DNA of 64,000 bases from Ascidiella aspersa (GCA_963924565.1 OZ004612.1:26908001-26972000); one strand, 5' to 3'. Positions 24,181 to 39,419 are shown, numbered from the stretch's first letter. Translations and numbers: made by a program. The notes: a model not told the origin generated them from the sequence alone.

Positions 24181-26771
24181 TTCGCCGAATCGAGAACAAT
24201 TTATACACCATTATTTTTTCGCCACACGATCTTCATTCGCTTTTCTGTTTTTTTTTTTTTTTAGTCGAATTCGTATTAAAAATATTTTTTTCATAAAAAG
24301 TTTTTGTTCTCTGAAGGTCGTAGATAGCTTTGGAAAATCACTAAATCGAACGCATAGCGCATACCTGTTAACTGTACGATTATAGTACACAATAGGCACA
24401 GTAACCTTACTTTTATGTTTTCATTGCTTGGGGTCGAATTTGGCAAAGTCACATTTGTTAGATTCAGTGCAGTGTTCATTAAAGTAGACTTGGTTCAGAT
24501 AGCCAGTTTATATCACGAAGAAATAGTTAAATTACAAAATACAATAGATGTGCGACTACAGGTGCTTGGATCATTACATATATATACATATTTGCCCAAA
24601 GTGTAAAAAGTGTCACAAACTAAAACCAGTTTAAAGTCCAAGCTAACAAATCGCTAGGAATGCCTTGTTTCTTTAACTTACTGAACAAATGAATGGTGTT
24701 GGGTGACGTATCTCGACTGTCTCTGGCGGAAACCATTTCTACTCGACGTAACAGATGAACGAATGATATTGCATTAGGCGTCTACTGCCCTGTATGGTTT
24801 CCTTTAAAACTTCAACATTTGCCGTTAAATAGGGCACGCTAAAATTCTACAGTGGTTAGCCTGTAAATGTGACTTTTTGGAAGCTAAAATGACTTAGCTC
24901 AGACGGAAGATATGACAAGGAAAACAAATTTGAAAGGTAACTTTTATGACAGTTTTCGTTACAGCAGTTAGCCCGCCCTTTGACGAGACCTATTCCACGA
25001 AATATTTTCTGTGCATGTGTTTTGCTGAAAGAAGGCAAAGTTTTACAAAAAGCGAAAAAAGCACGAGTTTCGCATTAATTGTTTGTAATTTGAATAAATC
25101 GTTGAAAAAAACATCATTAAAAACATAACGACAGGCTCCAGTTTAGGAAAATTAACGCTTGTGTAATATCATTGCAGTTGCAAGTAATTATGTTCCATCT
25201 TCGGCACACTAAGTAGAAATAATCACGCCGCTGATTATAGTATGTGATATAAAATTAAATTAACGCCTTATTAAACATAAGTAAGCAAAAAAAATGTAGA
25301 TCCAGCTGGTACGCAGAACATTGAAAGGCCAATAGGTAAAGCGCGACCAGAAAAATAAGGCACCACTGCAGTACAAGATATACAGCGGCAAAGACCTTGC
25401 GAACTGCTTGAGTGGTCGTTTAAGCAAGCGTATTTTTTTTCTTGGCCTCTGTGGAGAAATGCATCGACGCGACTATTTGCCTCGTGGTGAACTTCCAAAT
25501 GTTTACAGCAGTGCAATGTGACGTTCGTCTGCCGCCACTTAAGCCTATAGCTTCGTTTTCTGGCGTACCATAATTCGCAACGATGTGCTAATGAAGTTCT
25601 TGCACAAGGGTGTTGTTTAACTGTTGTAGTTGGACACCGCTGTTGTCATATAAGCGATGTACACGTTGTAAAGCAGTCAGGCCCCTTGCAGTTTGTGTAC
25701 AGTTGTTGAACACCGGTATTTGGAAAGGTATTGAAATCAAAAATTTAGTCTGCGCTTTGATGCACGTGCATACAAAAAAAACTTATCAAGGCCATGGAAA
25801 AATAATCTTTAAATTTTGATATATAAGGTGTATTTTGTTTACTCTGAAATCCGTTTCTTCTCTGTTGTTTTTGACGTCAAATCTTTATAAGTAAATACTT
25901 GTAGTTTGTGTACAATGAAACAAGCACACACACAAATGAGGCGAGTCTGCAATGGCTTTCGCTGTACTGTAGTTTGTGAACATTGCTAGCTCTGTTTGAA
26001 CAGACAACAACTGGCTTCATTCCTTTACTTACGTAAACGACTCAGTTTTGCTTACAAGCTGTATCACACCAGGAAGTAAACCGTGCTGTGCTGTGTACAG
26101 TTTTTCGAACAGCTAGACCAGTGATTTTCGCCGCGGCGCACCGGTTGAGAAACGCTGAGCTAGACAAACGATTGACGTTCCAACAGTTTTTGCCTAGGAA
26201 TGTGCGTGTCTTGTAACGGGCGACTGAAAGGCGATAAGCAAGAACCCAGAAGTGGTGTTTCAAAGCCCCCGTCTTTTCGGGCCTTTAAGCCTGTTTGTTT
26301 TGCCGCGAGTGCGCGCAGCGAAAATAGGGCTCTAATTTCTGTTCATCCCTCTTTTGCCGACGGCGCCCGTTTGATTTTTAAGTAGGTCAGAAAGAAAAAG
26401 GGGCCCAGTACTAAATGCACGTGTACCCTTTGAGGCGTGCTGATTCAACAGGTTAGCGTTTAGACAGCGTGCTCTAGTTCAGCAGTGCGCCAAGCTTTGT
26501 GAGATTTTTGTTGTTTATGCACAGTTAATATAATTTACACTTGTTAGATGCTGACACTTGTTAGATGCGTTCATAGACAAGTATTTGTTTATGTTACATC
26601 TTTCAACAGTGAAGTTTTATCAATACGCAAAGATAAACAGTGTTGTTTAATTGAATGTTATTCAGGGAACCCCACATTTATATGACAAGTTAGATCTGGA
26701 ACGCGTAGCGATGTGTGGTTATTGTGTGTCTTTATAGTGAAGTGATTCTCAAACTGCGTGTAACTCTAGTC

Positions 26772-27540
26772 CAGTGGTTCTCAACCTTTTATGCTTCGTG
26801 GCCCCCTTTGAAAGGCTCTCGACCCTCGTGGCCCCCTGCTTATAAAAATACCAAGCATTATGTTTAACGTATTTTACTTGTTTTACTTTTTCACGTTAAT
26901 AACAAATACTGCAATTAATCAACAAATAAATGCACTTACTTTTAAAAATTGTACAAATAAGTCATTTTAATTTTAATTAACTTAGTTAGTCATTACAAAT
27001 CATGTTCTTCGACGCCGCCAAGGTATTTTTTATATTCGGCTCTGTTTTGTACTGAACCAAGCGATGTCACTACATTCGTCGAGATAATTTTTCGATTTTC
27101 GTTTTATTTATGCGTTACTATTAGCCTACTTGACAAATAAGCTGTGCATGAACCGTTGAATGTTGGCCTAAAAATGACCTTGAATATTTGAATAACCCTG
27201 GGTACTTTATGCTTTTTACGATGGAATGTTTCTTTTGCAACTGAACGCCCGAAATTGCAAACCATTTTACCTGGCATTGCACATTAGTTGCTCGCCTAAC
27301 AGCATTTTTCGGACGCTTAATGATTAGGCAAGTGTATCGGCAGGAAATAATTTGCATGGCTACGTTACAAAATTTAGGTTAACAGTCATAATGAAAAACA
27401 CGAAATTAAGTTACCTGATAAATTTTGAAATAGTGAAACTTTGTTTTTCGCAATATCTAGATAGATAGTTATGCCCGTTTCCCCCCAATGACCCCTCCGT
27501 GGCCCCCCAGAGGGCCGAGGGCCACGGTTGATAAACCCTG
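26772..27540 (+). mobile_element. hAT (Charlie-like) non-autonomous element
   Basis: CAGTGGTTCTCAACC ... GGTTGATAAACCCTG termini. Perfect 8-bp TSD CTCTAGTC. Absent from the paralogous site near 18020. Confidence 0.9.
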
Positions 27541-29795
27541 CTCTAGTCACTAGTGTGACTCTTGATAAGTGTGCGGTAAATCCTTTGGTAATTTTGAAAA
27601 ACGAGGTATTTTTATTACATATAGGCATACACGCAAGCATTTCAAATTAAAATATTAACTATAAGCATACAAAATGGACACGATTAAGTCTACCTTTAGT
27701 TTGTTGTGTCACTGTGTGTAAAGTTTTATTGTAAAGTTACTAAATTATTGTTCTGTTAAAAGTTTGCCGCGAAATAACTATTTTTTAATTTGCCGTAAGC
27801 TAAAACAAGTTTGACAACCACTGCTTTAGAGCAAGTTATGGATATAATAAACACCGACAATTATTCAAGGCCAGTTGGAAAAATATCCACGAGTCCTCAG
27901 TTAGCCTCAGTCTTTAGACATATTTCACTTTTTTTACGGATTAAAACGTTCATCGGACCTATGTTGCCGTTGGATATACAATGTTTAACGCTTGGTTGTA
28001 GTTTGAGCCCCGGGGCTATTGTATCATCGTAAAATAAAAGACGGCTTGCTAAATGAAGACATATTAAATACAGTTGGTTTAAAAGAAAAAAAATATAGTC
28101 CACACGATTATTTTGAACTTTTTTCAACTTGTATTGCAAAATTTTATGTTAATAGAATATCAAGCAGCTAAAATATGGTGCTGGTTACGCGATTTTGGAT
28201 GTGTTAAGTCAATGTGCTAATTGGCAAAACAATAATTAAGTGGTTACAGCGAATTTTTAAAAAATAATAATTTAAAAAATAATTTACTCTTTTTCGCCCA
28301 ATCCGCTGGTTATTATTGCATAGTTAAGTACCCGTTAATTATACGGTTGAACAGTGTTACACATGTTGTCTTCACGTACGAACTATAAAAAGTTGTCACA
28401 AGGTTTTGTTGCAAGTGCTGTAAACAAATAGCGCTTGTATCGCTAGAAACAAGTTCCTGCAAAATCGCAAAGCCTTCTCGTGTTACGCCGCTGTAAATTT
28501 ATGTCGAGAACCACTAATCCTTTGCGCGGCTATTTGTTTAAACCAGTGTTTCTCTGGCGAGAACCCGAAGCTAAAGCGTGGACATAACAGCGAATCTTTG
28601 GCGACCTATCATCTTCACTTAACTTTTATAAGCGAACTAAACATATTAAATTTGTATAATTAATTTTCCAAATTATTAAATATGAGACATGTCTTGCTGT
28701 TTTGCCTTCGCAATTTTAGTATTGGAGAAATCATACTTAGAACCAATCTCAATACATCTAACTGTGTGAACTACTGCAGTCGGCGACCCAACCATATAAA
28801 ACGATGATACAAATTTAGGTCGCGACTCATAGGTTAAGAAACACTGCTATAATGGTCTTCCACAGTATTGTGGTTTGCCTTTATATGCGCACGAGTCTTA
28901 ACGTGTCGTGTTGATAACCTTTCCAGTATGCCCCAAGGCAACGTCGTTGGTTGTTATTGTGTTTGTAACTCGATTGTGAAGTAAGGAGGGAAAAACAGAA
29001 GTGGTTCTACAACTTTCTGCAGCCTGCGGCAGAACAGAAAAAATAATAACAACTTCGCGACACACTATCTAAAGTCCTAGAATAACAACGTGACAATCAG
29101 CTGAACTAGACTGCAAGGCATTGTATACAAGCCGTAGTCAGTACAGTTGCAATGCCATTTAAGTCTAGCACGTCCGACGGCCTATTAATAAAATTTGGTT
29201 ATTTTCAATATTACAATAAACGTAGAGGAACTACAAGGCAATAAGGTTTAGAATCGCTGCAAAACAGGCTCAAGAAGTTAATGCCAGAACGAAGGGAAAA
29301 CTGTTTTACAAAAATGTTGTTTCAACGTCAATTTCGTTTTGCTTCGTTGAAACTTGCTATTGCACTTTTTCGTGTTTTATAAGTTTTTTACCGAATTTGG
29401 ACGGTTGTTTTAGTTGTTGTAATTACCTTTCAGTTAGTAATATTACTGCAATTCTTTGTCAAAACAACATTTTTTAGTTATCATGTATTGCATTTTTTGC
29501 GATATCTTTGCTAGTATCTTCTAGTCGGTAAATATTTTTCAATGTATAGTAGGTGAATGTTATCAGTATTTAAAGGATTCAAATCTCTAATACATGCTTG
29601 TTGTCATATTTGTAATAACGATAGCTTATTTTCCGAGATTACCAAAAATTTGACGTCACGCATGAGCCCCTCGAGTCAAACATGTTGAGAAATTCAAATC
29701 AAACATCAACGATTCTGTTATTATTTCAGGTCTTTGATTAGACAAACAGGCCAACGTACTGTGACCAGCAAGCATTCAAAACAAAAGTCGTTAAA

Positions 29796-32700
29796 ATGGA
29801 CCGCAGCGCATTACATCAGTGGCAGCAAACCAGCATCAACACCAACAATAACAATTGCGGCAGTGAAGCTCGTGCAGATCGCGGCGTTCAAAACGGCCAG
29901 ACCATCGTCTTTTCTCAGAACGTCGGATTCTCACGGAGTTCAACTGGCTCGTATCAACATCCAAGATCACACAACTCCAGCAAAGCACACTACACCAGCG
30001 CTAGAACGTCAAAGAGCGCTCCACCACATTACAAGAAGCAGCAGGCGACCGCTGGTGCCTATCACTATCAAATACGGAACAACCAAGGTCAGACTTTCGC
30101 CGACCAAACCCAAGTAAACCAGCAGACAGGCTGCAACGTCAACCATCAGGTGATCCAGTACAACATCAACGTGGGCAACTTGCCCGAGAATCGTACGCAC
30201 GTGAACCAAGTGGTATGCTTACAACAACAACAACAAGAACAGGAACAACAACATGGAAAGCAGAGTATTACGCCACTGCAGCTGCAGCAGAGTAGAATGC
30301 TGAAAGGACAGCATCCGTCTAGCGCCTACAACCCAAAGCTGGCGCCCGAAAACACTCATCAGTACTTCGGCGGATTGCGGCGAACATTGGTCGATCTGCA
30401 GCACGAATCTCTCAGCGCCCAGCAGTACTTTCGCAGCAACAGCGCGGAATTGTCTCTGGAAACCCAACCGAACAAGAACCAGTATATGAAACCCGGTGCG
30501 TACAAAAGCAGGACTCAGATCCATTCCGAGTCCGATAAATACCTTAACTTGCCATCCACGACTCCTGGACCGTTTGTGAATATCGCTAAAGGACAAACTA
30601 CCGCCAAACATAAAGTGCAGCGTCAACGCTCGTCGCCACCAAATCAACAATACGGCCATTTCTACTATTCACCAGCGGTTACAACACAATACCAACAAAC
30701 TCCCCACCAACACGCAGCAATACCAACACAGGATCAACAACTGCCACCTGCTTATTCAACGATATTAACACCGTTCGAACAGCAACCCCATCTGTATTCA
30801 ACGGTACCAACTCAAAGCCAGCAACTTTCTCCTCAGCTTCCATTACAGTGCGCAAGGCAGCAGCCGTTCATAGAACTGCAACGCCAACAAAACAAACCTT
30901 GTTCTACTCTGCAGCAACCACAACAAACTGAAAGAGTCTCCCCCCAACAAAACCAACGATCATCCCCTTCAAATCAACGTGAGTCCCTTCAGACTCAGCA
31001 AGTATCTCCCCAAGCTCCCAATCCACCTCCACAATCATCCCCTCAACTTCAACAGCCATCACTTGGAGAGCAGCTGACACGTGTGGTGACCTCTGGTGAG
31101 TTTATATGTATTTGAAAAACACAATGTATGTATATTTGATATTTAATAATATTATATGATATTTACAGTTTATTTTAAACACATTTGACTAAAATAACAT
31201 CCGAACTTGCCACTTAAAAGTTAATTTCAGTTACATTAATTTAAAAATGAATTGCCCCAATCCTTAAATCATTTTTTTAAATTTAAGTCCTAAAGATATT
31301 AAGCCGGAAATTCCAAACTTTGGTTAATAATGATAATAATTGAAACAGCGGCAGAGAACTTTCAGGTCAATTCAAATTAAACTTTTCCAAGAAAAGAAGT
31401 TCAGTGTTTTATACTAAAGTTCGCAATTTAACGTTTGCATAATTTACGAAACGTTATGTTACTCCGTGATATGCTTCGAATGCAAAACCCAATTAGGAAG
31501 AATCCCAAATATTTATACTTGTGTATTGAGGGATTACGACACGGAATTGCATTGTAACTTTATCGTATTTTTAAGACAGCAACATGCGCAGTACAACAAC
31601 GGGCGGCGACCATCCTTACGATTTGACTCTTGATGATCTCCTTAATGAAGTGGAGGGCCTAAACAAGACCAGGATAAACCTGGAAGACAGGTCTTCATCT
31701 CAGCAGACAACCAGCAACTGGTTGTCGCCTTTCAATCAAAGAAAGTCGCAAAACAACGAGATCTGCGACGACATCCAGATCGTCAACTGCTTCTCGCTGC
31801 AAGGCAAGGTCGATTCGAACAGCGGCAAGAGATTAACGTCGCAGGAAGTCGCCGCAAAGACAGCAAGGAACCACAAGGTGCTGCAGTCACATTCGCCGGC
31901 TTTAGAACCCGGATACTCCGACGACGCGAATTCCCTCCTTTTATTCTCAACAAATTCTACAAAGGAGAAAGGTAGTGACGACCGCTTGCTGCCGCGAATC
32001 GTCGCCCGGTTCCTAGGCAAGGACGTCAGTGACGTGAGGTCACGCGATTACGTCATGTACGCGCTGTCAGACGACCCGCGCGTCGCCGAGGCCACCATAG
32101 CTGCGCATTCCCAAGAATCGACCGAGATGTTCGTGTGCCTAGAATTCCCGCCCAGAAGTCGTTGGAGCGGCGGCGCCCGTGAAGCTAAAAAGGCTTTCTG
32201 TCCTGTAAAGAACGTGGGCGACGTTTCTTGCATTGTCAACTTGTACTCATGCACCAGTGTACGGATGGTACTGGTTGTTGTTAGGATGAGTCAACGCGCC
32301 GAGAGAATGGTTCAGCATACTAGACCAATCCCTCAAGTGGATTTAACAACCTCTAGAAGCGATGATGGCAAAACCCTGATGCAGTCAGAAATTCCACAGC
32401 CCAGCTCTGTCCCACAGCCACCAGCAGAGCAATCGTTGAACGTCCAGGCGGTTTCAAACCCCAAAACGCCCCTTACACGCCCCTCTACTATCGATCCGTT
32501 GTCCAATAGTAATCAAGCCAGGCTAGACCTTGACGCGGATTCAACCATTGCTAGCGACGAACGTCTATCTTCGAATATTTTTGAGCTTCTAATGCCCAAT
32601 TCTATTCCAGAGCCACCAGTAGAGCAAACTTTAAACACCCCAGCTATTTTTAGAGTGGAAACGCCCCCTACACGCCCAGCTCCTGTCAATGAACAGCAAA

Positions 32701-33929
32701 AGAGTCCAACGCCTAAAGAAACCGAAGAACAGGGTTCAAAGATGGAGGTTTCCAGCAGTGAAACACCTTCTGTACGCCCATCGCCCGTCGAACACCAGTT
32801 GAACCACTTTATACAAGCGAAGACATCAGATCAGCATTCCCAGCCGCCACCTGTCAATCAAACAATACAAGAAAGAGCAGCCGAGCAAAGTGAAGACAAA
32901 TCTCAGTTGGCCTCGCCTGTCGATCAATCTGCGCCGCCATCTTGTTCTATCGAGAGCGAAGAAGAGAAGATGACGCGGATCCGCAAAGAGGTCGAGGCGC
33001 TGCTCAACGCCGGCAAACCGGATTTGCGGAAAGCGGCGGCGAAGCGATCGCGTGGCGACCCCGAGCTGCTCACCCTGGACCGCTTCCGGCGAAAGTGGAA
33101 GTCGCGCGGAATCGACCTCTACTCGAGAAGCGCCGTAAGTGACGTCACAATTCGGGAAAAATCGTCAACTGTGAAACATCGGGTTGATGAACGTATTCTC
33201 TCAGTAACTGATAAAGGCCACTCGAGTTCCCCAACCAAGAATGATGTCGTCATATCCCAACACACTGGCGTCACAGCCCAAAACGTCATCGTTAAAGTGG
33301 AACGAGATGAAATAGACTACGACCTTTACCGCGGCACTACAGCCAATCGTTATGACATCACATCGACACACTATGATACCGAACATGGTGACGCGATAGC
33401 CCTGCAAGATGACGACAGAATAGAGTTCTTTGACGTCAGGGATGGGCACAATGACATCAGAACTGAGCACGAAGACTTCGGAGCTAATTACAATGAAGTC
33501 CGAGTTGAGCAAAATGACGTCATTTCTGAGCACGATGACGTCATTTCTGATCGCGATGACTTCGAAACGGATTGTGATGACATTGGTGCTGAAAAAGATG
33601 ACGTCAGATCTCAGCACGATGGTGTGATCAGGTGCGATGACGAAATGGTCTCTTTAGCAAAACAGACTCCCGGTAACGCCTCACTAAATTGCGGAAAAGC
33701 GGCAAAACGGAGCGAAAACGCGGTAAACGCGAACTTGCGGAAACGGAAAAGGGCGTCGATGCGGGCCGGTTCTTGCCGCGCGCCACGCCTCGACCTCGTC
33801 TACAGGAGCTACCTCGACTCGTTGCAGCCTTCGCCCATTGTTCCTCGACAATGCGCGCCTCATGACGTAACAATCATTCCGTGTTCTGTTCGTATTTCCG
33901 ACATTTTTTCGTTGAACACTGTCGCTTAA
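29796..33929 (+). CDS. Paralog 2 of the same family. Exons 29796-31095 + 31576-33929, ~1217 aa
   Basis: Clear end-to-end protein similarity to paralog 1. Phase-1 intron TCT G|gtgagt ... tttttaag|AC AGC AAC ATG keeps the frame. Confidence 0.85.
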
Positions 33930-34809
33930 TTCGCCGAATCGCGAACAATTTAGACGCCATATTTTTTTCGCCACACGCTCTTCATTTGTTTTTCTGTTAT
34001 TTTCCTTTTGCTCGAATTCCTATTAAAATCTTTTTTATTTAAATCTTTGTTTTCTGAAGGTCGTATATAGCTTTGGAAATCACCAAATGGACCAAATAGA
34101 AGATGACTAAAGTTAGGACTATTTCACTTCCTATAAAACAGACAATAAACTTTTAGGTTTAAATTGCTTAGGGATGGAAGTAGCCTGTCTAAATGACCTT
34201 TGATCGATTTACAGCCGTGATCATTAAAGAACACCAGATTGCATCTTGAAGAAATAGTAAAAATATAAAGACTATACAGATTGACCATAAAGCTCAACGT
34301 CTGTATGACCATAGGATCAATTAAGATGTATTTATGCGGATTAGGGTATTTTACAACTTCATGCACCATAACTTAAACATCGATTACGCTAGTAAAAATA
34401 AATAAAGTAAAACAAGCATAACAATTTGTGAATTAAGTCTTAAATCACTTATAAAATCGCCAATATATTTAGCTGTGATCAAGTGGCACATTACTTGATG
34501 CTACAAAGTATAGGGTTGGCTCTAGGCTATAGTCAGCTTTCAGAAACCGTTATTATTAAACGGTTAACCATATCCGCCATTCCAAGTGCAAACTATACGA
34601 ATTGTTTGGTCTTTTTTTGGTTTGTAGCCATTTTTTTGGTTTTGTAGCGATTCGCTTTGAATCAAAATTACTGAAATCATAGCGTCATTAATAGACCGGC
34701 ATATTGTTATGAAACATTATGCGACGAATCAATCTGTTAAATTTGAAAGGCATCATGCGAAGTTTATGGTGAAACAAAAGCCTATATTCTGCATTGCCTA
34801 GACGAAAAT

Positions 34810-34950
34810 CCCTGAGGTCGTGAGTTCAAACCTTACCGAAGAGACTATAGTTGTTTATCTAACCTGGCCATTCTTGCAAAAATTCCCTAAGGCTTCCATT
34901 GTACTGTGACCCGTTGTCGTTGGTCAGTACGACCTCCGAAATGCTACGTC
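34810..34950 (+). mobile_element. 5'-truncated copy of the tRNA-derived SINE family
   Basis: GAGGTCGTGAGTTCAAACC B-box region plus a body similar to the other copies. Confidence 0.6.
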
Positions 34951-37900
34951 GCAAGTTCGTAACTTTTAGAGAACTCCGCTAACTCACCGTTTAAATATTT
35001 ATGCTCACCAAACTAGCAAAACTTTTTTTTTGAACAATACAACGGTTAAAAGAAAACTAGTATAGCTTTTATTTTTTCGTTCTTTAATGTTGTTTATTTT
35101 ACTGTTTAGGTCACTTAAAATTACTTAGAACTGCTTGAGTGACATTTTCAACAGGCGCAATTCTATCTCCGCCTTGGGTAAATGCTTCGGCGCGCAACGG
35201 CGACTATAATTGCCTTTTCGTGTTCTGCCCAATATTGCTACGAGTTCACTGGGAAGTTCACTAGTCATCCCTTACTTCGTTTCATTTCCTAAAGACCTGC
35301 TGAGTGCTCAGCACAAGTACAGCTTATCCAGCCAGGCGATTTACGTGTTAGCCGTCTTTTCCCTCCTGGAATTCTTGGCACATGGAGGGGCAAGTTATCA
35401 GGCTGACTGGGTTTGCCCCAGGATTGTTTACATACAACAGTGTTCCGCAACCTATTGCTCACTCCCAAAATTTGGGTCGCCGACTACAGTACTTCAAAAT
35501 GTGAGATTGGTTCAGAGCAAGATTCTTCACAACTCTTTCACAAAATCGCGGATCGAATACGAATAAATGGCCCTTAAATACTAAATTTGAACTGATCAAT
35601 GCTGTTGTCTTATTTGTTTTTAGTTCATGTTAAGCTCGCAAATATTAAGTGAAGATAATTAGGTCGCCAAAGCTTGACCGTTATAATTACGTTTAGTATT
35701 AAAGTGGCCGCGAACAAAAGGCTGAGAAACACGGGCTTACAATAAAAGGCGCCAGAAAGAGCAAAAACGAGAATCCAGAGGGTATCTTTTAAGCCCTTGC
35801 TTTTCTTATTTTCCGAAAGCCTAACATGTTTTGCCAAGAAATGTGGCTCTTATAGTTTTACTTTTTTCCACCTTGCCTCTTGTCCTGGTTCTAATTAAGT
35901 CCACAGAAAAAAGGCGACCATTGCAAAACTCCCGTGCGCTGTTTGGTTCGGCTTAATCGACAGGTTTGAATTTCGTACAGCGTTCCAGCATTTAAACCAG
36001 ATTGAGCAAGAAAGGTTCTAATTCGTAATGCTGCTGCTTCAAGTTGTATGTGCTTGCACTTGTGCTGATGTGTTTCAGAAACATTTGTTTTGTTCAGCAG
36101 TTTTTTTACAAGTAAAGCTTTTATCTAAACTTGTCGAGTAAACGGAAACATGTAAGTGTTATTTTATTTTAAAAATTATTATAATTGAATGCTTATTAAA
36201 CGCGGTAACCCAAGTCGACCATTTCATTTATTTTAGTAATATAAATGTGGTGTCTCACACTGTACGCCTAGACGTTGGATATTCAACGCATGGAAAATGG
36301 TGGACGGTGGGTCACAGGGAAACCGGAAAGCAAGACTGTTAATAAACAACAGACAACTTAAAGCTAGTTAAACTTACAGTCAATTTCTTTTTTCATATCC
36401 AACTTTAATTCAACTGGATTGAAAGGCATTCACGTTATCAGACCTGACTTTATCGTGGGCTGTTTAACTAACGCTTGAAAAATTTGACAACTTTGAGCCT
36501 CGAGGCGAAAGGATCAGCGGTAATAGGTGTCGGTCTTGTTATGAGGACATAATTACTGTTTTGTTAACAAATATGCTGCTTATGTTTTGTACCTATTACA
36601 ATTTCATAACTACTATTTTATAACAACTAGAACTTTAAACGGTAACTTTGATCCTAAACATATATAACCGTTTTTTTTATAGTAAAATCATGAAAGTAAA
36701 TTATGAAGCTAGTTAATCCGTGGCAGTCGTTTGGTCTGAAGCTGTTTTTAGGTGAAATATCAGTTTTTAGGTTAAGTATTTACAAAAAATTTTAACAAAG
36801 TAATAAAATGTAATTAAAAAAATTTACTCTATAACGCCGAGGTCCTGTAGTTAAAACCAGTTAGTAAACTGTTTGTAACGCGCGCCCTAACTTTTTCTTG
36901 TTTTCGTGCACGCTCGGTATGAAATTTTGGAGATGACGTCATACATAGACGATGAAAAACAAATTGACTGGTGAGACCCGTAATTTTTGGTATGACAAAC
37001 ATGAAAATTGAATAAGGCATTCATGGACCCCCTAAAAGGTTCGTAACCCAAAGGGTTTCATTTTTATTAACCCTCGATTTTTATCAACAATCTTTGTTGG
37101 TGGCGGTATTTGTCTATTTCAAAATTTAGAAACCAGGGTTGGCAAGCTTTTGCACACACGCACTTGATCAGATTAAAGTAGAAATGCAATAATGACGTAG
37201 AAATACAATGCAGTTCATATTTTTTACGAAACGTATCCGATCCGATACCAATTGACGTCATAGCTAAAATCAAACATGTAAAAGTGATGAAATTAAAATT
37301 TGTTGAAGCGCACTTTTCAGTTTATCGGACCAGGATCTTTCTTTAGCGAGAAAGTTAGTTACTTCCAATTGTTAACGTACTATATTTCAAATATATTTAT
37401 CTTTCAAGATGGGAACCACTGTGTTGGATCGTGAATGAAGGTTGACATTTTTACGTTATTTTTATTAACGGTTGGCACTGATCCCGCCCTAGTATCGGAC
37501 GAGTACCGATACTAGTGTTACGTGATTACTAACACATTAAACAACTAATTAATTAATTGCCATAGGCCAAATCAAGTTTGTGTTATCATCAAGTTATATT
37601 ACAAAATGATAAATAGGGTTTTAGCTTAGTGCGTTCCAGCCTTCGTTTTCCAAGCATTTTCTTTAGTTGCATAATATCATATTTGATGATGTAATGTTTT
37701 CTATATTGTTGTGCCGGTAAATTAGTTTGTCGATTTAATTGCAAAAATCCTGAGTTTTCGTGCGTCCGCTCGCCTCGTTTCAAACTTGACATATAACCAA
37801 TTGTTTCTTATCTATAAACAGTCCTTGCGGGCGGTGATAAACACAGTCTGCCAAACAAGCCATTTATTTCGCTGGTGCCTTACTCCCGCTGCAAATTGGC

Positions 37901-38342
37901 CTTAGAATGGCCGCCGTAATCTTAAAAGAGTGCCTAGCCATGTTTTTAAAGTGCCGACCAGTCTTATTGGCCAAATATGACGTAACTTTCGTGTTCCTCT
38001 CTTTCTACGTGCATGCCTTATCTTAGCGGTTTTTCGCGCAGTGTTTAGCCGACAATGGCTGCGATAGGCGGTGGCTGTCACACAATAACTTTGGAAACAA
38101 ATATACGTTCGTTAATGCTATTTGACAGCCTTTTACTTCACATTGTTAACAATATACTTTTGATTGGTATTTTAGTTGTGGTTATGACAGGTAGCATATC
38201 TAGCCAGAAACCTTCGCCAACCAACAGAACTCACGTCGCTGCTCCCTTCCGGGCAGCTGTATGGGGTTAGGCGTCAGACCCTATGCAAGTCGCGGTGGGG
38301 GCAAAAACTAGTACTTCGCATCAAGTAGTGACTCTGATACGA

Positions 38343-38867
38343 AATAATCATACCTCAATATATTATGGTATGCCCGCAATAATCATACCTCAATATATTA
38401 TGGTATGCCCGCAATAATCATACCTCAATATATTATGGTATGCCCGCAATAATCATACCTCAATATATTATGGTATGCCCGCAATAATCATACCTCAATA
38501 TATTATGGTATGCCCGCAATAATCATACCTCAATATATTATGGTATGCCCGCAATAATCATACCTCAATATATTATGGTATGCCCGCAATAATCATACCT
38601 CAATATATTATGGTATGCCCGCAATAATCATACCTCAATATATTATGGTATGCCCGCAATAATCATACCTCAATATATTATGGTATGCCCGCAATAATCA
38701 TACCTCAATATATTATGGTATGCCCGCAATAATCATACCTCAATATATTATGGTATGCCCGCAATAATCATACCTCAATATATTATGGTATGCCCGCAAT
38801 AATCATACCTCAATATATTATGGTATGCCCGCAATAATCATACCTCAATATATTATGGTATGCCCGC
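38343..38867. repeat. Perfect minisatellite, 15 x 35 bp (AATAATCATACCTCAATATATTATGGTATGCCCGC)
   Basis: 525 bp = 15 identical units, with no spacers. Confidence 0.97.
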
Positions 38868-39419
38868 ATACATGCACGAAACGCTGTTAAACATCTTGCT
38901 TTCACCTTATAAAGCGACTGAAAATTGTGTTTGTAAATCAAGAGCTAACTGTCCGAAGCCATGCTTATTTGCAATACTTGTTGGTTATTTAACAAAAATA
39001 AAAAAATGTTGAGAATCTCTCGAGGCGTACACTTTAAATATGTGCGTGTTGTTGATTTATTTGGTGTTTAAGTTTTTCTGTTGAATTTACTGAAGTTTGT
39101 ATGGTTGCTACAAGCCATATTTGTCAGTTAGTATTAACATTTAATTGTGATTAAATTGTATTAATAGCAACAGGTTTTATTATCATTGTTTAGTATTTGC
39201 TAGCTAAGGCAGCTTTTTAGTAAAACCTTCTTGTTGCATTAATGTCTCAACTGAGCTAGAAAGTTATATTAAGTTTTTGTTGGTTTGCATTAATTAATTT
39301 TTACTCAATTTTCTAAAGTCGTGAAACGTCGACGTTACTGTTATAATTACAGGTCGTCATTAGGCGAACACAAAACATTCGGATTCCGACACCGAATTCT
39401 ATAATACACAGTCGTTAAG

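Larger units (their letters stand above)
15670..34100 (+). repeat. Tandem segmental duplication: ~15670-24350 vs ~24690-34100 (upstream region plus gene). A third, more diverged unit runs ~35100-43870
   Basis: Collinear non-coding blocks, e.g. 'ctgtctctggcggaaacc' at ~15693/~24717, 16630-17105 vs 25330-25805, and 19290-19540 vs 28880-29110. Weaker match at 35130-35240. Confidence 0.9.

Noticed and set aside
29734-30117. Overlapping alternative-frame ORF (also 20270-20554, 39490-39723)
   Set aside because: Starts, stops and upstream frame differ between paralogs, consistent with a by-product of the main frame.
38343-38867. CRISPR-like array (35-bp, partly palindromic repeat)
   Set aside because: The units are directly adjacent with no spacers, there are no cas genes, and the context is eukaryotic. 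It is a minisatellite.
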